Assembly: GCA_965247705.1 (NCBI GenBank)
Contig: CBDFHV010000059.1
Coordinates: forward strand, 3,879 to 67,878
Direction of reading: 5' to 3'
Length of the DNA: 64,000 nucleotides
Source of the DNA: Rhodospirillales bacterium
GTDB lineage: Bacteria > Pseudomonadota > Alphaproteobacteria > Rhodospirillales > CAMCUA01
A program made the position numbers and the translations under genes. Positions 47,304 through 56,319 of this stretch are shown piece after piece; position 1 is the first letter of the stretch; each line of letters starts with the position of its first letter. The notes below the pieces were generated by a model. The model had not been told where the DNA came from and did no database searches. It saw nothing but the letters and a program-made list of their open reading frames with translations.

Positions 47304-48308
47304 ATGATGTCAGATGCCAGCGCAATTGCATCTGCCTGGCAGGCCCTCGAACGGAGGCAGGCGGAAAAGGCCGAGCGCCTGTCACTGGCCCTGGTCAGTA
47401 GCGGGTCTGCTCGTCTTGACGAGGTCCCGCTCGCCCAGTGCTGGGCAATTCGGGCTCGCCATCTAGTCGACTCCGGCGAGCGGCCGGCGGCAGCGACTCT
47501 GCTGCTTAATTCGCTTGCCACTTATCCCAACGATCCGTTGGCCCAGGCACTGTTAATTCGTGCACTTCAGGAAGAAGTCGCGGCCAGACGCAATGGAATG
47601 AAGGGACTGCATGATGGGAGCCAGGGCACGGCGATTGGCAACGGTCGGCTGATCTTGGGCATGGGGACGGGCCGGTCCGGGTCGACCAGCCTGACTTGGC
47701 TCCTTCAGGCGCAAATCGGCACGTACTGCTCCCACGAGCATCCGCCGATCCTGCCCTGGGCGGCCGAAGTGGAGCCGGTCTTGTTCCATTTACGGCGGTT
47801 CGAGCTGATGCTGCAACTCTTCGACTGGGTCGCAGATGTTTCGCATTGGTGGCTTCCACTGATCCCACGGATCGTCGAGTCCTCACCCGGTGTCCGGATC
47901 GTTGTCCTCAAGCGGGACAAAGCCGAAACGGTCGACTCATTTCTCAGGATGAAAGGCGGCGACAGAAGAGGGGCTATCAACCACTGGACATCCCACGACG
48001 GGACCATCTGGGCGAGGAACGCGTGGGACCCCTGCTATCCGAAATTCTCCGTCAACAGCGTAAGATCCGGTATCGAGCGGTACTGGGACTATTATTACCA
48101 AGAAACGGACAGGCTGACGGCGCTTTATCCGAACAACGTCAGGGCTTTCGGTATCGAGGCACTGAATGAGCGCGGGGGACAGAAGGAGATCTTGGATTTC
48201 TGTGGTTTCGATGAATCGGTGACCTTGAACCGCGTGCATGCCAATCGCGGTCACGGCGGGGACGGCATCGCCCTATGGCCGAACCCAATCCTGCAACCCG
48301 TCAGCTGA
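47304..48308 (+). CDS. Sulfotransferase-family (P-loop) protein with N-terminal TPR-like helices; start uncertain
   Basis: 5'-PSB motif GMGTGRSGSTSL, HE, 3'-PB motif VLKRDKAETVDSF. Visibly lower GC3 than neighbouring genes. Confidence 0.75.
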   Translation: MMSDASAIASAWQALERRQAEKAERLSLALVSSGSARLDEVPLAQCWAIRARHLVDSGERPAAATLLLNSLATYPNDPLAQALLIRALQEEVAARRNGMKGLHDGSQGTAIGNGRLILGMGTGRSGSTSLTWLLQAQIGTYCSHEHPPILPWAAEVEPVLFHLRRFELMLQLFDWVADVSHWWLPLIPRIVESSPGVRIVVLKRDKAETVDSFLRMKGGDRRGAINHWTSHDGTIWARNAWDPCYPKFSVNSVRSGIERYWDYYYQETDRLTALYPNNVRAFGIEALNERGGQKEILDFCGFDESVTLNRVHANRGHGGDGIALWPNPILQPVS

Positions 48309-48493
48309 CCGGAGCCCGTCGAAGGCGGCCGGGAACTGGGGCGGCGTGACCGTGGGCAAGTTCGGATTCCAGCTTTGGGTCAAAACTCCCCGTCCAGACC
48401 CCAATCGGTGGCGGTCCGGTGCCGGTGATACATCCACCATCGACGGTGACGAGATAAAGCGCCCATCGCCACACCACGTAAGAGGCCCCACGG

Positions 48494-49576
48494 ATGACGT
48501 CCACCTGCGACGTGCTCATCGGCGGCACCGGGCTCTACGCCCAGAAGATCGCTTTCGCCATGGGCATGACCAGCCCGCGGCCGCTGACCGTCGCCATCGC
48601 CGGGCGAAATCGAGAGCGCATGGCCTGGCTGGCCCGGTCGACCAATGCCCGGGCGTTCCTGTTCGAACGCCAGGTGCGGGCCTTTCCCCACCCAATCGCC
48701 TGGGATTCGGCGGAGGGCATCGCCGAAAGCCTATCGGTGCTGCGTCCCCGGGTGGTGGTGCAGGCCGCCTCGGTCCAGTCGCCCCGCGCCCTGGACGCGT
48801 CGGCCACGCCGTGCGCCCGGATGATCCGCGAGGCCGGCGGCTTCGGCGTCACCGTGTTCCTCCAAGCCCTGCTTGCCGCCCGCATGGCCCGGGCCCAGGC
48901 CATGTCCGGCATCGGCGGGGCGCTGATCAATGCCTGCTATCCGGACACCGCCAACCGGGTGCTGGCCCTCCTCGGCCTGACCATTCACTGCGGGTCGGGC
49001 AATATTTCCTCCATTGCCGCCCTCCTGTCGGCGGAGCTGGGCTTCCGGCGGGCCGGGCGCCTGCACCTGCTTTATCAGCATCAGAGCCCGACCGACTGGC
49101 GCAAGCCGGCCGCCGAGCGCCGTGGCGTGCCGCCCCGGGTATGGGTCGACAATGTGGAGATGGACGATGTCTACGACCGCTTCGCCGACGTGATCATGCC
49201 CGTCGATCCGGGCCAGTCCATCGCCGGCACCACCACGGTGCCGATGATTTACGCCTTTCTCGGCTGGGGCGACTACCAGGGCCACGCGCCGGGCCCCAAC
49301 GGGCTGCCGGGCGGCTATCCGATCACCATCCGGGACGGCCGGGTGGCCCTGGACCTGCCGGCTTCCCTGTCGGAGGACGACGCCATCGCCTGGTACGGGG
49401 GGTTTCGTGACCACGAGCCCCTGTGGATCGAGGACGATGGCCGGGTCGCCTATTCCGAGCGCGCGCGACGGGCCTTCGACGCCCACGGCGCGGGCCACCT
49501 GGGCGATGCCCATGTCAACGACCTGGAGGCCGTGGCCGCCGCCTGGCTGGAGGCGAAGGAACGCCTGGACCGGTAG
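48494..49576 (+). CDS. Putative NAD(P)-binding oxidoreductase of unknown function (saccharopine dehydrogenase/LDH-like fold)
   Basis: N-terminal VLIGGTGLYA Rossmann motif, IAGRN, INACYPD, HAPGPNGLPGGYP. Confidence 0.6.
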   Translation: MTSTCDVLIGGTGLYAQKIAFAMGMTSPRPLTVAIAGRNRERMAWLARSTNARAFLFERQVRAFPHPIAWDSAEGIAESLSVLRPRVVVQAASVQSPRALDASATPCARMIREAGGFGVTVFLQALLAARMARAQAMSGIGGALINACYPDTANRVLALLGLTIHCGSGNISSIAALLSAELGFRRAGRLHLLYQHQSPTDWRKPAAERRGVPPRVWVDNVEMDDVYDRFADVIMPVDPGQSIAGTTTVPMIYAFLGWGDYQGHAPGPNGLPGGYPITIRDGRVALDLPASLSEDDAIAWYGGFRDHEPLWIEDDGRVAYSERARRAFDAHGAGHLGDAHVNDLEAVAAAWLEAKERLDR

Positions 49577-49657
49577 GGGGCTGGTTCCGGCAGCCCCGTG
49601 CGAACGCTCGTTGGTATATAACCAGCTGGCAACGACCAAGGCCCGGAGAAAGCAACG

Positions 49658-52600
49658 ATGTCCAACAGCCAGAATCCCTATCGGATCGGGTTCGATATCG
49701 GCGGCACTTTCACCGATTTCGTGCTCCTCGATTCCACGTCGGGGGCCATCCGCCTTCACAAGTGCCTGACCACCCCCGACGATCCGTCCCGGGGCGCCTT
49801 GGAGGGCCTGGGCGCCCTGTTGTCCGAAGCCGGCCTGACGTTCGCCGATATCGGCCATCTGGTGCACGGCACGACCCTGGTCGCCAACGCCATCATCGAG
49901 CGCCGGGGCGCCACCACGGGCCTGATCACCACCCGCGGTTTCCGCGACATCCTGGAGATGGGCACCGAGCAGCGCTACGACATCCACGACCTGTTCCTCC
50001 AGTTCCCCGAGCCTCTGGTCCCGCGAGCCCGCCGCCTGGAGGTGGACGAGCGCATGGACCGGGACGGCAACGTGGTGGTGCCCCTGGACCTCGATCAGGT
50101 GCGCCATCGGGCCGATCGCCTGGTGGCGGCGGGCGCCGAAGCCATCGCCGTCTGTTTCCTCAATGCCTACAAGAACCCGGATCACGAGCAGGTGGTTGGC
50201 GATCTCCTGCGCCGGACCTACCCCGATCTGGCGGTGTCGTTGTCGAGCGACGTCCAGCCGCAGATCCGCGAGTACGACCGCTTCTCCACCACGGTGGCCA
50301 ATGCCTACGCGCAGCCCCTGATGGGCCGATATGTGGAGCGCCTTGTCACCGCCTTCGCGGACCACGGGTTCGCCGGCCGGTTCCACCTGATGCAGTCCTC
50401 CGGCGGACTGGCGGCGCCCCAGACGGCGACGCGGTTCCCGGTGCGCTTCATCGAGTCCGGGCCCGCCGGCGGCGGCCAGGCCACCGCCTTCATCGGCGCC
50501 ATGGTGGGCAAGCCGGACGTGATCTCCTTCGACATGGGCGGCACCACGGCCAAGGCCTGCCTGATCGAGGACGGCACGGCGGCGGTGGCGCCGATGATGG
50601 AGGCGGCGCGGGTGCACCGCTTCAAGAAGGGAAGCGGCCTGCCGATCAAGGCGCCGGTGCTCGACATGATCGAAATCGGCGCCGGCGGCGGCTCCGTCGC
50701 CCGCATCGACACCCTGGGCCTGATCAAGGTGGGACCCGGCAGCGCCGGCGCCGACCCGGGGCCCGCCTGCTACGGCCAGGGTGGCACCGAGCCCACGGTG
50801 ACCGACGCCAACCTGATGCTGGGCTACTTGAACCCGGACTACTTCCTGGGCGGGCGGATGTCACTCGACGCGGACGCGGCGGAGGCCGCCATGGCGCGCC
50901 TTGCCCAACCCCTGTCCCTGAAGCCTATCGAGGCCGCCTGGGGCGTCTATGAGATCGTCTGCGAGAACATGGCCGGCGCCGCGAGGGTCCATATCGTCGA
51001 AAAGGGCCACGACCCGCGCCGCTATGCCATGGTCGCCATGGGCGGCGCCGGGCCGGCCCATGCCGCCCGGGTGGCCCGCAAGCTGGGCGTCGGCGAGGTG
51101 ATCGTGCCGCCGGCCTCGGGCGCCGCCTCGGCGCTGGGTTTCCTGGTCGCGCCGATCGGCTTCGAGCGCACCCGCTCCCTGCCGGGCCTGCTCGACAGCC
51201 TCGATTTCGGCGATGTGAACAGACTGCTCGGCGAGTTGGAAGAGGAGTGCCAGGCGCTGCTGAAGGAAGCCGGGAACCGGGACGGGGCGATCACCGTCAC
51301 CCGGGCCGCCGACATGCGGCTTTATGGGCAGATGCACGAGATCACCGTGACCCTGCCGGCCGCGCCCATCGGCCCCCACTCAATGGAGGCCATCGAAACC
51401 GCGTTCGAGGCGGAGTACACCCGGCGCTACAGCCATCTGTTTGAAGGCGCCCAAATCCAGGTCCTCAACTGGCGCGTCACTTGCGCCGGCACGACGCCGG
51501 AGGTGTCGGCGCACCTGACCGCCGGCGACGCCGCGGCGGCGGCCCAAAAGGGCACCCGGCCGGCCTACTTCCCCGAGGCCGGCGGCTTCGCGGACGCCCC
51601 GGTCTACGATCGCTATGCCTTGAAGCCGGGCCTGCGCATCGACGGTCCAGCCATTGTCGAGGAGCGGGAGTCCACCACCATCGTCCCGCCCGGCGATTGG
51701 GTCAGGGTCGACGACGACCTGAACCTGCGGCTGCATATCTCCCAGACCAGCCGCCTCGACGCCGTGGTGCCCCGGGGCCTTCCCCTGGACGACGCGGTCC
51801 GGCGTATCGAGAGCGACCCCATCGGCCTGGAAATCATGTGGAGCCGGCTGATCAACATCGCCGAGGAGTGCTGGCAGACGGTCATCCGCACGGCCTTCTC
51901 GACGATCATCGGCGAATCCCAGGACTTCGGCTGCGATCTGCTGGATGCCAAGGGCCGCCAGCTCGCCCATTCGCCGCGGGCCATGCCGGTGTTCAGCCTG
52001 ACCCTGCCCATTGCCGTCAACGCCATGATCACCAAGCATCCCCCCGAGTCCCTGAAGCCGGGCGACGTGCTGATCACCAACGATCCCTGGGTCTGCGCCG
52101 GCCACCTGTTCGACATCGCCATCGCGACGCCGGTGTTCCGGGATGGTCGTGTGGTGGCCTTCTCCGGCAACGTGGGCCATGTCACGGATATCGGCGGTTC
52201 CAAGGAGCGCCTGTTCTCGCGCGAGCTCTACGAGGAGGGACTGCAGATCCCGCCCATGAAGCTGTTCAAGGCAGGGGTTCTCAACCAGGACCTGGTGGAC
52301 ATCATCACCGAGAACGTGCGCAGCGCCGATCAGGTGCTGGGCGATATCCATGCCCTGGTGGCGGCCAACGCCTCGGGCGCCCGGCGCCTGGAAGCGTTCA
52401 TGGACGAATACGGGATGCACGACCTGGAGGCGCTGACCATCGTCGTCCAGAGCCGAGCCGAGAAGGCCATGCGCGACGCCATCTCGGAGCTGTCCGACGG
52501 CACCTACGAGGGCGCCATCCTGGCCCGGCCCCTGCGCGAGGTGGAGCGCTTCCCCATCAAGATCACTGTCGAGGGCGACACCATCGAGGTGGACTTCGAG

Positions 52601-53542
52601 GGCGCGCCGCCCCAGACCTGGGAAGGTACCGTCAACTGCACCCTCAACTACGTCCGCGCCCACAGCACCTATCCCCTCAAGTGCATGCTATCGCCGGAAA
52701 TTCCCGGCAATGCCGGGGCCTACCGGCCGTTCGTGGTCAAGGCCCCGCCCAAGAGCCGCTATAACTGCGATAAGCCGGTGGCGGTCAACATGCGCACCCG
52801 CAGCGGCTGGTACATCGCCCCCAACATCTTTTCCGCCATCGCCGGGGCGGCGCCGGACAAGGTGCAGGCGTTCACCGCCCTGCCCAGCACCGCCCGCTTC
52901 TACGGGGTCGGTCCCGACGGCGTCCCCTTCACCGACCACCTGTTCCAGGGCGGCGGCCAGGGCGGTTCGGCCCATGGGGACGGCAAATCGGGCATCCAGT
53001 TCCCCAACAGCGCCTCCAACACCTCGATCGAGATCTTCGAAAGCCGGGTGCCCATCCTGGTGCTGGAAAAGGCCTACATCGCCGATTCCGGCGGCGCGGG
53101 CCGCAATCGGGGCGGCCTGGGCCAGGCGGTGCGGACCCGCAAGCTGCTCGACGATGGCCGGCCGACCCAAGCCGGCCTCTATCCGAACAGCGTGGGGATT
53201 GCCACCGATGGCCTGTTCCGGGGCCAACCCGGGGGGCCCGGCGCGGCGATGATCACCGACCTCGACGGCAACGTGCTCAGCGATCTGGGCACCGGCGCCC
53301 TGGCCCCGCTCGCTTCGTCCCGGGAGGTGGCGGTCATCCACCTGGCCGGCGGCTCCGGCTTCGGCGATCCCTTGGAGCGTCCCATCGAGACCGTCCAGAG
53401 GGACCTGGACGAATACTATGTCACCCTCGAGGGGGCGCGCCGGGACTATGGCTGTGTGGTCGGCGCCGACGGGCGCATCGACGCGGCGGCGACCCGCCGG
53501 CTGCGCGAGAACCGGGAACGGACCCTCGAGCCGGCCGAGTGA
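49658..53542 (+). CDS. Fused hydantoinase A+B / ATP-dependent 5-oxoprolinase-like enzyme (1294 aa)
   Basis: IGFDIGGTFTD, HGTT, ESGPAGG, FDMGGTT, GPGSAGADPGPACYG; B half with DPIGLEI, NDPW, GHVTDIGG, DSGGAGRNRGG. Confidence 0.94.
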   Translation: MSNSQNPYRIGFDIGGTFTDFVLLDSTSGAIRLHKCLTTPDDPSRGALEGLGALLSEAGLTFADIGHLVHGTTLVANAIIERRGATTGLITTRGFRDILEMGTEQRYDIHDLFLQFPEPLVPRARRLEVDERMDRDGNVVVPLDLDQVRHRADRLVAAGAEAIAVCFLNAYKNPDHEQVVGDLLRRTYPDLAVSLSSDVQPQIREYDRFSTTVANAYAQPLMGRYVERLVTAFADHGFAGRFHLMQSSGGLAAPQTATRFPVRFIESGPAGGGQATAFIGAMVGKPDVISFDMGGTTAKACLIEDGTAAVAPMMEAARVHRFKKGSGLPIKAPVLDMIEIGAGGGSVARIDTLGLIKVGPGSAGADPGPACYGQGGTEPTVTDANLMLGYLNPDYFLGGRMSLDADAAEAAMARLAQPLSLKPIEAAWGVYEIVCENMAGAARVHIVEKGHDPRRYAMVAMGGAGPAHAARVARKLGVGEVIVPPASGAASALGFLVAPIGFERTRSLPGLLDSLDFGDVNRLLGELEEECQALLKEAGNRDGAITVTRAADMRLYGQMHEITVTLPAAPIGPHSMEAIETAFEAEYTRRYSHLFEGAQIQVLNWRVTCAGTTPEVSAHLTAGDAAAAAQKGTRPAYFPEAGGFADAPVYDRYALKPGLRIDGPAIVEERESTTIVPPGDWVRVDDDLNLRLHISQTSRLDAVVPRGLPLDDAVRRIESDPIGLEIMWSRLINIAEECWQTVIRTAFSTIIGESQDFGCDLLDAKGRQLAHSPRAMPVFSLTLPIAVNAMITKHPPESLKPGDVLITNDPWVCAGHLFDIAIATPVFRDGRVVAFSGNVGHVTDIGGSKERLFSRELYEEGLQIPPMKLFKAGVLNQDLVDIITENVRSADQVLGDIHALVAANASGARRLEAFMDEYGMHDLEALTIVVQSRAEKAMRDAISELSDGTYEGAILARPLREVERFPIKITVEGDTIEVDFEGAPPQTWEGTVNCTLNYVRAHSTYPLKCMLSPEIPGNAGAYRPFVVKAPPKSRYNCDKPVAVNMRTRSGWYIAPNIFSAIAGAAPDKVQAFTALPSTARFYGVGPDGVPFTDHLFQGGGQGGSAHGDGKSGIQFPNSASNTSIEIFESRVPILVLEKAYIADSGGAGRNRGGLGQAVRTRKLLDDGRPTQAGLYPNSVGIATDGLFRGQPGGPGAAMITDLDGNVLSDLGTGALAPLASSREVAVIHLAGGSGFGDPLERPIETVQRDLDEYYVTLEGARRDYGCVVGADGRIDAAATRRLRENRERTLEPAE

Positions 53543-53589
53543 GCGTTTGTAGTGTCTCGCCCCGCCTCTTGGATGCCACTCTGGGACGG

Positions 53590-53661
53590 GGACGGGCGGG
53601 TCTGAGACCCGCCCCTACGCAAGTATATTCGAGTGCGTAGGGGCCGGTCTCAGACCGGCCC
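53590..53661. repeat. GTAG-type REP doublet (REPIN-like), copy 2
   Basis: ggacgggcgggtctgagacccgcccctacgcaa, spacer, then gcgtaggggccggtctcagaccggccc. Confidence 0.88.
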
Positions 53662-53713
53662 GCCTTTGAAGCCGGTTACGGTTCGGGGGCGTTGGTTCAG
53701 TTGTTCATCGGTA

Positions 53714-54706
53714 TCAAGCCCGGCCGGCCTCCTGGATCATCGCCGCCGTCGCCTTGAGCACGTCCATGTCCACCGGGTGACGGATGACGCAGGCGGGGGA
53801 CAGAAGCAGGGGTCCGCCGGCGTTTTCCTCGATGGACCGGTCGATGTCGGCGCGCACCGCGTCGAGGTCGCGGTTGGTCAGATTGCTGCGCACGATGCCG
53901 CCGAAAACGGGGCGGGTGCCGCCGCTCCGGCGGTAATGGCCGAGGCTGGGCTCGGTTTCCCCGAAGTGCCAGTTCAGGGCCGTCACCGGGTAGGCCTTCA
54001 ACATATCGAACATCACGTTCTCGCCGTGCATGTGCAGGACGTTGAGCCAGGCGGCGGGCGGCAGTGAGTCGAGTACAATCCGGTCGTAGGCCAGGCCGAA
54101 GGTCTCGTAGGCGGCTTGGTCCATCTGGTCGTAGGTGGATTGCTGGGTGGCAAACAGGACGCCGGCGCAGCCCGCCTCGACGGTGACCCGGGCGAAATCC
54201 GCGGTGACTTGGGCGATAGTTCCCAAGCCCCGGTGCAGGGCCTCCGGCGATCCCTCCATATGGCCGGCCAGGGGGCCGCCGATGGCCTTGGCGGCCGTGG
54301 TCAGGGGCGAGAACACCGTTGCCAGGACGGGCGCCTCCCCGTCCACCAGGCGAACCAGCCGCGACAGATGGTCCAGCTCGCGCCCATAGGCGCCCAGGGT
54401 CACGTCCAGGCGATCGAGCGTGTCCCAGCCCTCCGGCGATGTCACCGCGGGCGTGATGACTTCCGACTGTCCGCCTTCGGCGACCGAGGAATGGTCGGGA
54501 ACGCAGCGCCAGTCCTCGACGCAATAGAGGCCATTGGACATGGACTTGATCAGGTCCATCCCCGTTTCCCGGAAGAAGCTGGCGGTTTCCACCGCCAAGC
54601 GGACCGGGTCCTGGTCGACGTGGGGCAGGTGGGTCCAAAAGGCGAAGGGGATGCGGTCCACTGGATCGCCGGCCAGCATTGCCTTGATGCGTTCGACACG
54701 GTCCAT
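53714..54706 (-). CDS. Uroporphyrinogen decarboxylase-fold (URO-D/CIMS) protein, not a canonical HemE
   Basis: DRIPFAFWTH, TVFSPLT, LHMHG, LLLSPACVI. Lacks the HemE WxMRQAGR motif. Confidence 0.8.
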   Translation of the reverse strand: MDRVERIKAMLAGDPVDRIPFAFWTHLPHVDQDPVRLAVETASFFRETGMDLIKSMSNGLYCVEDWRCVPDHSSVAEGGQSEVITPAVTSPEGWDTLDRLDVTLGAYGRELDHLSRLVRLVDGEAPVLATVFSPLTTAAKAIGGPLAGHMEGSPEALHRGLGTIAQVTADFARVTVEAGCAGVLFATQQSTYDQMDQAAYETFGLAYDRIVLDSLPPAAWLNVLHMHGENVMFDMLKAYPVTALNWHFGETEPSLGHYRRSGGTRPVFGGIVRSNLTNRDLDAVRADIDRSIEENAGGPLLLSPACVIRHPVDMDVLKATAAMIQEAGRA

Positions 54707-54799
54707 GTGTTGATTCCTCGCTGGCGGGGAGGGATCTCGGGGGATACAGGGAGCGGGGAGCGCTGACAAGGCCCGGCGGGGCCCGCACGGGGCGAATCG

Positions 54800-56161
54800 T
54801 CAGCCGGCGCCCATGACGGCGGGTTCGCAGTACTGGCGCCGTCGCTTGAGCCGGTCGCACAGGTTCTTTGCCGACCGGGCGCCCTCGATTGGGCCGGCGA
54901 TAAGGCGGAAGTAGACACCTTTGCCGCGCCCCAGATCGATACGGCTGATCTGGTGCTCCAGGTTGCCGATGAGGGCCGAATGGGCCCGCCGGAACTGAGT
55001 CCAGCCCCGTTCCGCCGCCTGGCGGGAGCGGTAGGAGGCCAGATGGACGGCCGCTTGGGATCCCGAAGCCATGGTGGCCTTGCCTTCCGAGGACGCCTTC
55101 GGCGCCGCGGCGGCCCGCGCCCCTGGGGGCTGCATTCCCTTTTCGATCGCTTGGCGCTCGCGGGCATACTCGTCTGACGTGATCAGCCCGGAACCTTGAA
55201 GCTGCTCCAGGCGGCGCACCGAATCGGCGGCTTCCATCAAGCCCTTGGGCGGCTGGGCCGGCGGGGCCACGGCCACGGGCGCGGCGGGCATCAGGGCGTC
55301 AAGGATCATCGATCGCTCGGCCGAATGCTGGCTGATGGTGATCGCCCGCATCTCGAGCGCCCTGCCGATGGCCCTGAGGCGGCCAGTGATCTGCGCGGCA
55401 TTGGGAACCGGCCGATCGAGCCCGGCGGCGGGCGGCGGCGTGGTCAGGGGCACAAGCGCCCCCAGATTGGACTGTCGCCGGGTGCCGAACTCTTCCGGCG
55501 TGATGAGCCCTTGATCGCGCAAGGCGCGCAGGGTGTTGAAGCGGCTGACGATGGTCGCGTCGGCGTTGCCCAATTGGGGGACGCTGTTGGCGTTCTGCAT
55601 CGCCGGGCTCGCGGATCCGGTGGCGGCCCGGGGCGGCATCCGCCCCAGCATGGGACTGCTGGCCGGCTGGCCGGAAACCATGCCCATTGTGGGCGCATTG
55701 GGCGGCGGGTTGAACGGCATGGCACCGCTGGCGCCGGTGGCGGCGGACGTCGGCATGACGCCGCCGCCTTCGAGGAGCGCCAGGTTGACGCTGGCCAGCT
55801 CGGAGATGGGACGGTGGGACAATTCCCGGAGGACGAGCATCTGCTGGGTGTTGCTGGGGCGGATGGCCAGGACCGCCTCGTAGGATTGCCGCGCCTTGGT
55901 CAACTGGCCCGTGTTCTGGTAGAGGACACCGAGCCCCATGAGGGCCTGCACGTCCCGGTCGTCCCGGCTCAGCGCCTTGTTGAAATGGGCCTCGGCCATG
56001 CCGTAGTTGCCCTTGGTAAGCTCGGCCAAGCCCAGTTCGGCCTCGTCGTTGCCGACAAATATGGGGCTGCTTACCCAGAACGTGGGATCGGCGACGCCGC
56101 CGGCGCCGCAAGCACCGAGGAGGCCCATGAGGCAACAGGCCGTCGCCAGACGCAGGGCCAT
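54800..56161 (-). CDS. TPR + SHOCT-like + SPOR domain lipoprotein
   Basis: Lipobox LLGAC, TPR helices (AEAHFNKAL, ARQSYEAVL), two GLIT..E(F/Y) SHOCT-like motifs, C-terminal SPOR (VHLASYRS, YFRLIAGP, CDRLK..YC). Confidence 0.8.
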   Translation of the reverse strand: MALRLATACCLMGLLGACGAGGVADPTFWVSSPIFVGNDEAELGLAELTKGNYGMAEAHFNKALSRDDRDVQALMGLGVLYQNTGQLTKARQSYEAVLAIRPSNTQQMLVLRELSHRPISELASVNLALLEGGGVMPTSAATGASGAMPFNPPPNAPTMGMVSGQPASSPMLGRMPPRAATGSASPAMQNANSVPQLGNADATIVSRFNTLRALRDQGLITPEEFGTRRQSNLGALVPLTTPPPAAGLDRPVPNAAQITGRLRAIGRALEMRAITISQHSAERSMILDALMPAAPVAVAPPAQPPKGLMEAADSVRRLEQLQGSGLITSDEYARERQAIEKGMQPPGARAAAAPKASSEGKATMASGSQAAVHLASYRSRQAAERGWTQFRRAHSALIGNLEHQISRIDLGRGKGVYFRLIAGPIEGARSAKNLCDRLKRRRQYCEPAVMGAG

Positions 56162-56319
56162 CCGCGGGCAGGGATTTCGCCGGATCACGCCGTCCTCATC
56201 CTCCAACCATCGGCCCCAGACCGCCGGGTCCCTCCGGACCCACCGATTCCCGAAGCCGAATCCTAGACCAAGTACGCCGTCCCGGCTAACAATTCCTTAA
56301 GCGCGTCCCGTTCCCCCGG

